Shown in pieces: positions 1 through 13,300 of a stretch of 64,000 nt of DNA. Below the pieces are notes generated by a model. That model was not told where the DNA came from and did no database searches. It saw nothing but the letters and a program-made list of their open reading frames with translations. The stretch spans positions 8,060,001-8,124,000 of the forward strand of contig OZ193910.1 of assembly GCA_964276515.1 (NCBI GenBank). Reading direction: 5' to 3'. Position 1 is the stretch's first letter. Every line of letters starts with the position of its first letter. A program made the position numbers and the translations under genes. This stretch comes from Gordius albopunctatus (Eukaryota).

Positions 1-1854
1 ATTTTGAGGTCGAAAAAATTATTATTTTTCATATTCTTTCGAAAGGGAGATGAAAAAATCTTTAAAAGTTAGTAAATATTCTTAGCATATTGTCCTCGTT
101 AGAATCTTGATAGGAATTTATGCGTGGGGGGATGTTTTAGATTGAGAGAAATTAAAATTTTCGTGCTGCGTTTAGTTTGTTTCAATATCGCTTTATAAGC
201 GTGTCTCTAGTTTTAGTGAAACAAGCTCTATGCGATCGTGATTTAGAGTTAATAATTTTTGATGACTGATCAAAAAAATGTTTTTCAAGGAATTCACCTC
301 TTATACCGAAAACTTTCATGAGAGCTATATGGTTGAACAAAAAAATAGAAAAAATTTTGAGGTCGAAAAAATTATTATTTTTCATATTCTTTCGAAAGGG
401 AGATGAAAAAATCTTTAAAAGTTAGTAAATATTCTTAGCATTTTGTCCTTGTTAGAATCTTGATAGGAATTTATCCTTGGGGGGATGTTTGAGATTGAGA
501 GAAATTAAAATTTTCGTGTTGCGTTTATATTGTTTCAATATCGCTTTATAAGCGTGTCTCTAGTTTTAGTGAAACAAGCTCTATGCGATCGTGATTTAGA
601 GTTAATAATTTTTGATGACTGATCAAAAAAATGTTTTTCAAGGAATTCACCTCTTATACCGAAAACTTTCATGAGAGCTATATGGTTGAACAAAAAAATT
701 GAAAAAATTTTGAGGTCGAAAAAATTATTATTTTTCATATTCTTTCGAAAGGGAGATGAAAAAATCTTTAAAAGTTAGTAAATATTCTTAGCATATTGTC
801 CTCGTTAGAATCTTGATAGGAATTTATGCGTGGGGGGATGTTTTAGATTGAGAGAAATTAAAATTTTCGTGCTGCGTTTAGTTTGTTTCAATATCGCTTT
901 ATAAGCGTGTCTCTAGTTTTAGTGAAACAAGCTCTATGCGATCGTGATTTAGAGTTAATAATTTTTGATGACTGATCAAAAAAATGTTTTTCAAGGAATT
1001 CACCTCTTATACCGAAAACTTTCATGAGAGCTATATGGTTGAACAAAAAAATTGAAAAAATTTTGAGGTCGAAAAAATTATTATTTTTCATATTCTTTCG
1101 AAAGGGAGATGAAAAAATCTTTAAAAGTTAGTAAATATTCTTAGCATATTGTCCTCGTTAGAATCTTGATAGGAATTTATGCGTGGGGGGATGTTTTAGA
1201 TTGAGAGAAATTAAAATTTTCGTGCTGCGTTTAGTTTGTTTCAATATCGCTTTATAAGCGTGTCTCTAGTTTTAGTGAAACAAGCTCTATGCGATCGTGA
1301 TTTAGAGTTAATAATTTTTGATGACTGATCAAAAAAATGTTTTTCAAGGAATTCACCTCTTATACCGAAAACTTTCATGAGAGCTATATGGTTGAACAAA
1401 AAAATAGAAAAAATTTTGAGGTCGAAAAAATTATTATTTTTCATATTCTTTCGAAAGGGAGATGAAAAAATCTTTAAAAGTTAGTAAATATTCTTAGCAT
1501 TTTGTCCTTGTTAGAATCTTGATAGGAATTTATCCTTGGGGGGATGTTTGAGATTGAGAGAAATTAAAATTTAGGTGTTGCGTTTATATTGTTTCAATAT
1601 CGCTTTATAAGCGTGTCTCTAGTTTTAGTGAAACAAGCTCTATTCGATCGTGATTCAGAGTTAATAATTTTATGACTGATCAAAAAAATGTTTTTCAAGG
1701 AATTCACCTCTTATACCGAAAACTTTCATGAGAACTATATGGTTGAACAAAAAAATTGAAAAAATTTTGAGGTCGAAAAAATATTATTTTTTCCATATTT
1801 TTTCGAAAGGGAGATGAAAAAATCTTTAAAAGTTAGTAAATATTCTTAGCATTT

Positions 1855-4800
1855 TGTCCTTGTTAGAATCTTGATAGGAATTTATCCTTGGGGGGATGTT
1901 TGAGATTGAGAGAAATTAAAATTTTCGTGTTGCGTTTATATTGTTTCAATATCGCTTTATAAGCGTGTCTCTAGTTTTAGTGAAACAAGCTCTATGCGAT
2001 CGTGATTTACAGTTAATAATTTTTGATGACTGATCAAAAAAATGTTTTTCAAGGAATTCACCTCTTATACCGAAAACTTTCATGAGAGCTATATGGTTGA
2101 ACAAAAAAATTGAAAAAATTTTGAGGTCGAAAAAATTATTATTTTTCATATTCTTTCGAAAGGGAGATGAAAAAATCTTTAAAAGTTAGTAAATATTCTT
2201 AGCATATTGTCCTCGTTAGAATCTTGATAGGAATTTATGCGTGGGGGGATGTTTTAGATTGAGAGAAATTAAAATTTTCGTGCTGCGTTTAGTTTGTTTC
2301 AATATCGCTTTATAAGCGTGTCTCTAGTTTTAGTGAAACAAGCTCTATGCGATCGTGATTTAGAGTTAATAATTTTTGATGACTGATCAAAAAAATGTTT
2401 TTCAAGGAATTCACCTCTTATACCGAAAACTTTCATGAGAGCTATATGGTTGAACAAAAAAATAGAAAAAATTTTGAGGTCGAAAAAATTATTATTTTTC
2501 ATATTCTTTCGAAAGGGAGATGAAAAAATCTTTAAAAGTTAGTAAATATTCTTAGCATTTTGTCCTTGTTAGAATCTTGATAGGAATTTATCCTTGGGGG
2601 GATGTTTGAGATTGAGAGAAATTAAAATTTTCGTGTTGCGTTTATATTGTTTCAATATCGCTTTATAAGCGTGTCTCTAGTTTTAGTGAAACAAGCTCTA
2701 TGCGATCGTGATTTAGAGTTAATAATTTTTGATGACTGATCAAAAAAATGTTTTTCAAGGAATTCACCTCTTATACCGAAAACTTTCATGAGAGCTATAT
2801 GGTTGAACAAAAAAATTGAAAAAATTTTGAGGTCGAAAAAATTATTATTTTTCATATTCTTTCGAAAGGGAGATGAAAAAATCTTTAAAAGTTAGTAAAT
2901 ATTCTTAGCATATTGTCCTCGTTAGAATCTTGATAGGAATTTATGCGTGGGGGGATGTTTTAGATTGAGAGAAATTAAAATTTTCGTGCTGCGTTTAGTT
3001 TGTTTCAATATCGCTTTATAAGCGTGTCTCTAGTTTTAGTGAAACAAGCTCTATGCGATCGTGATTTAGAGTTAATAATTTTTGATGACTGATCAAAAAA
3101 ATGTTTTTCAAGGAATTCACCTCTTATACCGAAAACTTTCATGAGAGCTATATGGTTGAACAAAAAAATTGAAAAAATTTTGAGGTCGAAAAAATTATTA
3201 TTTTTCATATTCTTTCGAAAGGGAGATGAAAAAATCTTTAAAAGTTAGTAAATATTCTTAGCATATTGTCCTCGTTAGAATCTTGATAGGAATTTATGCG
3301 TGGGGGGATGTTTTAGATTGAGAGAAATTAAAATTTTCGTGCTGCGTTTAGTTTGTTTCAATATCGCTTTATAAGCGTGTCTCTAGTTTTAGTGAAACAA
3401 GCTCTATGCGATCGTGATTTAGAGTTAATAATTTTTGATGACTGATCAAAAAAATGTTTTTCAAGGAATTCACCTCTTATACCGAAAACTTTCATGAGAG
3501 CTATATGGTTGAACAAAAAAATAGAAAAAATTTTGAGGTCGAAAAAATTATTATTTTTCATATTCTTTCGAAAGGGAGATGAAAAAATCTTTAAAAGTTA
3601 GTAAATATTCTTAGCATTTTGTCCTTGTTAGAATCTTGATAGGAATTTATCCTTGGGGGGATGTTTGAGATTGAGAGAAATTAAAATTTTCGTGTTGCGT
3701 TTATATTGTTTCAATATCGCTTTATAAGCGTGTCTCTAGTTTTAGTGAAACAAGCTCTATGCGATCGTGATTTAGAGTTAATAATTTTTGATGACTGATC
3801 AAAAAAATGTTTTTCAAGGAATTCACCTCTTATACCGAAAACTTTCATGAGAGCTATATGGTTGAACAAAAAAATTGAAAAAATTTTGAGGTCGAAAAAA
3901 TTATTATTTTTCATATTCTTTCGAAAGGGAGATGAAAAAATCTTTAAAAGTTAGTAAATATTCTTAGCATATTGCCCTTGTTAGAATCTTAAGGAATATA
4001 TGCGTGGGGGGATGTTTGAGATTGAGAGAAATTAAAATTTTCGTGTTACGTTTATATTGTTTCAATATCGCTTTATAAGCGTGTTTCTAGTTTTAGTGAA
4101 ACAAGCTCTATGCGATCGTGATTTAGAGTTAATAATTTTTGATGACTGATCAAAAAAATGTTTTTCAAGGAATTCACCTCTTATACCGAAAACTTTCATG
4201 AGAGCTATATGGTTGAACAAAAAAATTGAAAAAATTTTGAGGTCGAAAAAATTATTATTTTTCATATTCTTTCGAAAGGGAGATGAAAAAATCTTTAAAA
4301 GTTAGTAAATATTCTTAGCATTTTGTCCTTGTTAGAATCTTGATAGGAATTTATCCTTGGGGGGATGTTTGAGATTGAGAGAAATTAAAATTTTCGTGTT
4401 GCGTTTATATTGTTTCAATATCGCTTTATAAGCGTGTCTCTAGTTTTAGTGAAACAAGCTCTATGCGATCGTGATTTAGAGTTAATAATTTTTGATGACT
4501 GATCAAAAAAATGTTTTTCAAGGAATTCACCTCTTATACCGAAAACTTTCATGAGAGCTATATGGTTGAACAAAAAAATTGAAAAAATTTTGAGGTCGAA
4601 AAAATTATTATTTTTCATATTCTTTCGAAAGGGAGATGAAAAAATCTTTAAAAGTTAGTAAATATTCTTAGCATTTTGTCCTCGTTAGAATCTTGATATG
4701 AATTTATGCGTGGGGGGATGTTTGAGATTGAGAGAAATTAAAATTTTCGTGCTGCGTTTAGTTTGTTTCAATATCGCTTTATAAGCGTGTCTCTAGTTTT

Positions 4801-7800
4801 AGTGAAACAAGCTCTATGCGATCGTGATTTAGAGATAATAATTTTTGATGACTGATCAAAAAAATGTTTTTCAAGGAATTCACCTCTTATACCGAAAACT
4901 TTCATGAGAGCTATATGGTTGAACAAAAAAATAGAAAAAATTTTGAGGTCGAAAAAATTATTATTTTTCATATTCTTTCGAAAGGGAGATGAAAAAATCT
5001 TTAAAAGTTAGTAAATATTCTTAGCATTTTGTCCTTGTTAGAATCTTGATAGGAATTTATCCTTGGGGGGATGTTTGAGATTGAGAGAAATTAAAATTTT
5101 CGTGTTGCGTTTATATTGTTTCAATATCGCTTTATAAGCGTGTCTCTAGTTTTAGTGAAACAAGCTCTATGCGATCGTGATTTAGAGTTAATAATTTTTG
5201 ATGACTGATCAAAAAAATGTTTTTCAAGGAATTCACCTCTTATACCGAAAACTTTCATGAGAGCTATATGGTTGAACAAAAAAATTGAAAAAATTTTGAG
5301 GTCGAAAAAATTATTATTTTTCATATTCTTTCGAAAGGGAGATGAAAAAATCTTTAAAAGTTAGTAAATATTCTTAGCATATTGCCCTTGTTAGAATCTT
5401 AACGAATATATGCGTGGGGGGATGTTTGAGATTGAGAGAAATTAAAATTTTCGTGTTACGTTTATATTGTTTCAATATCGCTTTATAAGCGTGTTTCTAG
5501 TTTTAGTGAAACAAGCTCTATGCGATCGTGATTTAGAGTTAATAATTTTTGATGACTGATCAAAAAAATGTTTTTCAAGGAATTCACCTCTTATACCGAA
5601 AACTTTCATGAGAGCTATATGGTTGAACAAAAAAATTGAAAAAATTTTGAGGTCGAAAAAATTATTATTTTTCATATTCTTTCGAAAGGGAGATGAAAAA
5701 ATCTTTAAAAGTTAGTAAATATTCTTAGCATTTTGTCCTTGTTAGAATCTTGATAGGAATTTATCCTTGGGGGGATGTTTGAGATTGAGAGAAATTAAAA
5801 TTTTCGTGTTGCGTTTATATTGTTTCAATATCGCTTTATAAGCGTGTCTCTAGTTTTAGTGAAACAAGCTCTATGCGATCGTGATTTAGAGTTAATAATT
5901 TTTGATGACTGATCAAAAAAATGTTTTTAAAGGAATTCACCTCTTATACCGAAAACTTTCATGAGAGCTATATGGTTGAACAAAAAAATAGAAAAAATTT
6001 TGAGGTCGAAAAAATTTTTATTTTTCATATTCTTTCGAAAGGGAGATGAAAAAATCTTTAAAAGTTAGTAAATATTCTTAGAATTTTGTCCTTGTTAGAA
6101 TCTTGAAAGGAATTTATGCGTGGGGGGATGTTTTAGATTGAGAGAAATTAAAATTTAGGTGTTGCGTTTATATTGTTTCAATATCGCTTTATAAGCGTGT
6201 CTCTAGTTTTAGTGAAACAAGCTCTATTCGATCGTGATTCAGAGTTAATAATTTTATGACTGATCAAAAAAATGTTTTTCAAGGAATTCACCTCTTATAC
6301 CGAAAACTTTCATGAGAACTATATGGTTGAACAAAAAAATTGAAAAAATTTTGAGGTCGAAAAAATATTATTTTTTTCATATTTTTTCGAAAGGGAGATG
6401 AAAAAATCTTTAAAAGTTAGTAAATATTCTTAGCATTTTGTCCTTGTTAGAATCTTGATAGGAATTTATCCTTGGGGGGATGTTTGAGATTGAGAGAAAT
6501 TAAAATTTTCGTGTTGCGTTTATATTGTTTCAATATCGCTTTATAAGCGTGTCTCTAGTTTTAGTGAAACAAGCTCTATGCGATCGTGATTTAGAGTTAA
6601 TAATTTTTGATGACTGATCAAAAAAATGTTTTTCAAGGAATTCACCTCTTATACCGAAAACTTTCATGAGAGCTATATGGTTGAACAAAAAAATTGAAAA
6701 AATTTTGAGGTCGAAAAAATTATTATTTTTCATATTCTTTCGAAAGGGAGATGAAAAAATCTTTAAAAGTTAGTAAATATTCTTAGCATATTGTCCTCGT
6801 TAGAATCTTGATAGGAATTTATGCGTGGGGGGATGTTTTAGATTGAGAGAAATTAAAATTTTCGTGCTGCGTTTAGTTTGTTTCAATATCGCTTTATAAG
6901 CGTGTCTCTAGTTTTAGTGAAACAAGCTCTATGCGATCGTGATTTACAGTTAATAATTTTTGATGACTGATCAAAAAAATGTTTTTCAAGGAATTCACCT
7001 CTTATACCGAAAACTTTCATGAGAGCTATATGGTTGAACAAAAAAATAGAAAAAATTTTGAGGTCGAAAAAATATTATTTTTTTCATATTTTTTCGAAAG
7101 GGAGATGAAAAAATCTTTAAAAGTTAGTAAATATTCTTAGCATTTTGTCCTTGTTAGAATCTTGATAGGAATTTATGCGTGGAGGGATGTTTGAGATTGA
7201 GAGAAATTAAAATTTTCGTGTTGCGTTTAGATTGATTCAATATCGCTTTATAAGCGTGTCTCTAGTTTTAGTGAAACAAGCTCTATGCGATCGTGATTTA
7301 CAGTTAATAATTTTTGATGACTGATCAAAAAAATGTTTTTCAAGGAATTCACCTCTTATACCGAAAACTTTCATGAGAGCTATATGGTTGAACAAAAAAA
7401 TTGAAAAAATTTTGAGGTCGAAAAAATTATTATTTTTCATATTCTTTCGAAAGGGAGATGAAAAAATCTTTAAAAGTTAGTAAATATTCTTAGCATTTTG
7501 TCCTTGTTAGAATCTTGATAGGAATATATGCGTGGGGGGATGTTTGAGATTGAGAGAAATTAAAATTTTCGTGTTGCGTTTATATTGTTTCAATATCGCT
7601 TTATAAGCGTGTCTCTAGTTTTAGTGAAACAAGCTCTATGCGATCGTGATTTAGAGATAATAATTTTTGACGACTGATCAAAAAAATGTTTTTAAAGGAA
7701 TTCACCTCTTATACCGAAAACTTTCATGAGAGCTATATGGTTGAACAAAAAAATAGAAAAAATTTTGAGGTCGAAAAAATTATTATTTTTCATATTCTTT

Positions 7801-9970
7801 CGAAAGGGAGATGAAAAAATCTTTAAAAGTTAGTAAATATTCTTAGCATTTTGTCCTTGTTAGAATCTTGAAAGGAATTTATGCGTGGGGGGATGTTTTA
7901 GATTGAGAGAAATTAAAATTTAGGTGTTGCGTTTATATTGTTTCAATATCGCTTTATAAGCGTGTCTCTAGTTTTAGTGAAACAAGCTCTATGCGATCGT
8001 GATTTAGAGTTAATAATTTTTGATGACTGATCAAAAAATTGTTTTTCAAGGAATTCACCTCTTATACCGAAAACTTTCATGAGAGCTATATGGTTGAACA
8101 AAAAAATTGAAAAAATTTTGAGGTCGAAAAAATTATTATTTTTCATATTCTTTCGAAAGGGAGATGAAAAAATCTTTAAAAGTTAGTAAATATTCTTAGC
8201 ATATTGTCCTCGTTAGAATCTTGATAGGAATTTATGCGTGGGGGGATGTTTTAGATTGAGAGAAATTAAAATTTTCGTGCTGCGTTTAGTTTGTTTCAAT
8301 ATCGCTTTATAAGCGTGTCTCTAGTTTTAGTGAAACAAGCTCTATGCGATCGTGATTTACAGTTAATAATTTTTGATGACTGATCAAAAAAATGTTTTTC
8401 AAGGAATTCACCTCTTATACCGAAAACTTTCATGAGAGCTATATGGTTGAACAAAAAAATTGAAAAAATTTTGAGGTCGAAAAAAATATTGTTTTTCAAA
8501 TTCTTTCGAAAGGGAGATGAAAAAATCTTTAAAAGTTAGTAAATATTCTTAGAATTTTGTCCTTGTTAGAATCTTGATAGGAATTTTTGCGTTGGCGATG
8601 TTTGAGATTGAGAGAAAATAAAATTTTCGTGCTGCGTTTAGTTTGTTTCAATATCGCTTTATAAGCGTGTCTCTAGTTTTAGTGAAACAAGCTCTATGCG
8701 ATCGTGATTTACAGTTAATAATTTTTGATGACTGATCAAAAAAATGTTTTTCAAGGAATTCACCTCTTATACCGAAAACTTTCATGAGAGCTATATGGTT
8801 GAACAAAAAAATTGAAAAAATTTTGAGGTCGAAAAAATTATTATTTTTCATATTCTTTCGAAAGGGAGATGAAAAAATCTTTAAAAGTTAGTAAATATTC
8901 TTAGCATATTGTCCTCGTTAGAATCTTGATAGGAATTTATGCGTGGGGGGATGTTTGAGATTGAGAGAAATTAAAATTTTCGTGCTGCGTTTATATTGTT
9001 TCAATATCGCTTTATAAGCGTGTCTCTAGTTTTAGTGAAACAAGCTCGATGCGATCGTGATTTAGAGTTAATAATTTTTGATGACTGATCAAAAAAATGT
9101 TTTTCAAGCAATTCACCTGTTATACCGAAAACTTTCATGAGAGCTATATGGTTGAACAAAAAAATTGAAAAAATTTTGAGGTCGAAAAAAATATTATTTT
9201 TCAAATTCTTTCGAAAGGATGATGAAAAAATCTTTAAAAGTTAGTAAATATTCTTAGCATTTTGTCCTTGTTAGAATATTGATAGAAATTTATGCGTGGG
9301 GGGATGTTTGAGATTGAGAGAAATTAAAATTTTCGTGTTGCGTTTATATTGTTTCAATATCGCTTTATAAGCGTGTCTCTAGTTTTAGTGAAACAAGCTC
9401 TATGCGATCGTGATTTAGAGATAATAATTTTTGACGACTGATCAAAAAAATATTTTTAAAGGAATTCACCTCTTATACCGAAAACTTTCATGAGAGCTAT
9501 ATGGTTGAACAAAAAAATAGAAAAAATTTTGAGGTCGAAAAAATTATTATTTTTCATATTCTTTCGAAAGGGAGATGAAAAAATCTTTAAAAGTTAGTAA
9601 AGATTCTTAGCATTTTGTCCTTGTTAGAATCTTGAAAGGAATTTATGCGTGGGGGGATGTTTTAGATTGAGAGAAATTAAAATTTAGGTGTTGCGTTTAT
9701 ATTGTTTCAATATCGCTTTATAAGCGTGTCTCTAGTTTTAGTGAAACAAGCTCTATGCGATCGTGATTTAGAGTTAATAATTTTTGATGACTGATCAAAA
9801 AAATGTTTTTCAAGGAATTCACCTCTTATACCGAAAACTTTCATGAGAGCTATATGGTTGAACAAAAAAATTGAAAAAATTTTGAGGTCGAAAAAATTAT
9901 TATTTTTCATATTCTTTCGAAAGGGAGATGAAAAAATCTTTAAAAGTTAGTAAATATTCTTAGCATATTG
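1855..9970. repeat. Array A higher-order repeat, about 24-monomer period (8465-8467 bp), copy 1
   Basis: Rare variant monomers recur in the same order at +8467/+8465: 1946/10413, 4062/12529, 4768/13235, 5472/13939, 7943/16408, 9001/17466. Confidence 0.92.
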
Positions 9971-10321
9971 TCCTTGTTAGAATCTTGATAGGAATTTATC
10001 CTTGGGGGGATGTTTGAGATTGAGAGAAATTAAAATTTTCGTGTTGCGTTTATATTGTTTCAATATCGCTTTATAAGCGTGTCTCTAGTTTTAGTGAAAC
10101 AAGCTCTATGCGATCGTGATTTAGAGATAATAATTTTTGACGACTGATCAAAAAAATGTTTTTAAAGGAATTCACCTCTTATACCGAAAACTTTCATGAG
10201 AGCTATATGGTTGAACAAAAAAATTGAAAAAATTTTGAGGTCGAAAAAATTTTTATTTTTCATATTCTTTCGAAAGGGAGATGAAAAAATCTTTAAAAGT
10301 TAGTAAATATTCTTAGAATTT

Positions 10322-13300
10322 TGTCCTTGTTAGAATCTTGATAGGAATTTATCCTTGGGGGGATGTTTGAGATTGAGAGAAATTAAAATTTTCGTGTTGC
10401 GTTTATATTGTTTCAATATCGCTTTATAAGCGTGTCTCTAGTTTTAGTGAAACAAGCTCTATGCGATCGTGATTTACAGTTAATAATTTTTGATGACTGA
10501 TCAAAAAAATGTTTTTCAAGGAATTCACCTCTTATACCGAAAACTTTCATGAGAGCTATATGGTTGAACAAAAAAATTGAAAAAATTTTGAGGTCGAAAA
10601 AATTATTATTTTTCATATTCTTTCGAAAGGGAGATGAAAAAATCTTTAAAAGTTAGTAAATATTCTTAGCATATTGTCCTCGTTAGAATCTTGATAGGAA
10701 TTTATGCGTGGGGGGATGTTTTAGATTGAGAGAAATTAAAATTTTCGTGCTGCGTTTAGTTTGTTTCAATATCGCTTTATAAGCGTGTCTCTAGTTTTAG
10801 TGAAACAAGCTCTATGCGATCGTGATTTAGAGTTAATAATTTTTGATGACTGATCAAAAAAATGTTTTTCAAGGAATTCACCTCTTATACCGAAAACTTT
10901 CATGAGAGCTATATGGTTGAACAAAAAAATAGAAAAAATTTTGAGGTCGAAAAAATTATTATTTTTCATATTCTTTCGAAAGGGAGATGAAAAAATCTTT
11001 AAAAGTTAGTAAATATTCTTAGCATTTTGTCCTTGTTAGAATCTTGATAGGAATTTATCCTTGGGGGGATGTTTGAGATTGAGAGAAATTAAAATTTTCG
11101 TGTTGCGTTTATATTGTTTCAATATCGCTTTATAAGCGTGTCTCTAGTTTTAGTGAAACAAGCTCTATGCGATCGTGATTTAGAGTTAATAATTTTTGAT
11201 GACTGATCAAAAAAATGTTTTTCAAGGAATTCACCTCTTATACCGAAAACTTTCATGAGAGCTATATGGTTGAACAAAAAAATTGAAAAAATTTTGAGGT
11301 CGAAAAAATTATTATTTTTCATATTCTTTCGAAAGGGAGATGAAAAAATCTTTAAAAGTTAGTAAATATTCTTAGCATATTGTCCTCGTTAGAATCTTGA
11401 TAGGAATTTATGCGTGGGGGGATGTTTTAGATTGAGAGAAATTAAAATTTTCGTGCTGCGTTTAGTTTGTTTCAATATCGCTTTATAAGCGTGTCTCTAG
11501 TTTTAGTGAAACAAGCTCTATGCGATCGTGATTTAGAGTTAATAATTTTTGATGACTGATCAAAAAAATGTTTTTCAAGGAATTCACCTCTTATACCGAA
11601 AACTTTCATGAGAGCTATATGGTTGAACAAAAAAATTGAAAAAATTTTGAGGTCGAAAAAATTATTATTTTTCATATTCTTTCGAAAGGGAGATGAAAAA
11701 ATCTTTAAAAGTTAGTAAATATTCTTAGCATATTGTCCTCGTTAGAATCTTGATAGGAATTTATGCGTGGGGGGATGTTTTAGATTGAGAGAAATTAAAA
11801 TTTTCGTGCTGCGTTTAGTTTGTTTCAATATCGCTTTATAAGCGTGTCTCTAGTTTTAGTGAAACAAGCTCTATGCGATCGTGATTTAGAGTTAATAATT
11901 TTTGATGACTGATCAAAAAAATGTTTTTCAAGGAATTCACCTCTTATACCGAAAACTTTCATGAGAGCTATATGGTTGAACAAAAAAATAGAAAAAATTT
12001 TGAGGTCGAAAAAATTATTATTTTTCATATTCTTTCGAAAGGGAGATGAAAAAATCTTTAAAAGTTAGTAAATATTCTTAGCATTTTGTCCTTGTTAGAA
12101 TCTTGATAGGAATTTATCCTTGGGGGGATGTTTGAGATTGAGAGAAATTAAAATTTTCGTGTTGCGTTTATATTGTTTCAATATCGCTTTATAAGCGTGT
12201 CTCTAGTTTTAGTGAAACAAGCTCTATGCGATCGTGATTTAGAGTTAATAATTTTTGATGACTGATCAAAAAAATGTTTTTCAAGGAATTCACCTCTTAT
12301 ACCGAAAACTTTCATGAGAGCTATATGGTTGAACAAAAAAATTGAAAAAATTTTGAGGTCGAAAAAATTATTATTTTTCATATTCTTTCGAAAGGGAGAT
12401 GAAAAAATCTTTAAAAGTTAGTAAATATTCTTAGCATATTGCCCTTGTTAGAATCTTAAGGAATATATGCGTGGGGGGATGTTTGAGATTGAGAGAAATT
12501 AAAATTTTCGTGTTACGTTTATATTGTTTCAATATCGCTTTATAAGCGTGTTTCTAGTTTTAGTGAAACAAGCTCTATGCGATCGTGATTTAGAGTTAAT
12601 AATTTTTGATGACTGATCAAAAAAATGTTTTTCAAGGAATTCACCTCTTATACCGAAAACTTTCATGAGAGCTATATGGTTGAACAAAAAAATTGAAAAA
12701 ATTTTGAGGTCGAAAAAATTATTATTTTTCATATTCTTTCGAAAGGGAGATGAAAAAATCTTTAAAAGTTAGTAAATATTCTTAGCATTTTGTCCTTGTT
12801 AGAATCTTGATAGGAATTTATCCTTGGGGGGATGTTTGAGATTGAGAGAAATTAAAATTTTCGTGTTGCGTTTATATTGTTTCAATATCGCTTTATAAGC
12901 GTGTCTCTAGTTTTAGTGAAACAAGCTCTATGCGATCGTGATTTAGAGTTAATAATTTTTGATGACTGATCAAAAAAATGTTTTTCAAGGAATTCACCTC
13001 TTATACCGAAAACTTTCATGAGAGCTATATGGTTGAACAAAAAAATTGAAAAAATTTTGAGGTCGAAAAAATTATTATTTTTCATATTCTTTCGAAAGGG
13101 AGATGAAAAAATCTTTAAAAGTTAGTAAATATTCTTAGCATTTTGTCCTCGTTAGAATCTTGATATGAATTTATGCGTGGGGGGATGTTTGAGATTGAGA
13201 GAAATTAAAATTTTCGTGCTGCGTTTAGTTTGTTTCAATATCGCTTTATAAGCGTGTCTCTAGTTTTAGTGAAACAAGCTCTATGCGATCGTGATTTAGA

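Noticed and set aside
1..353. Internal 2 x 176-bp dimer structure or G-quadruplex in the monomer
   Set aside because: The two halves show only weak AT-rich resemblance by eye, and there is only one long G tract per monomer.
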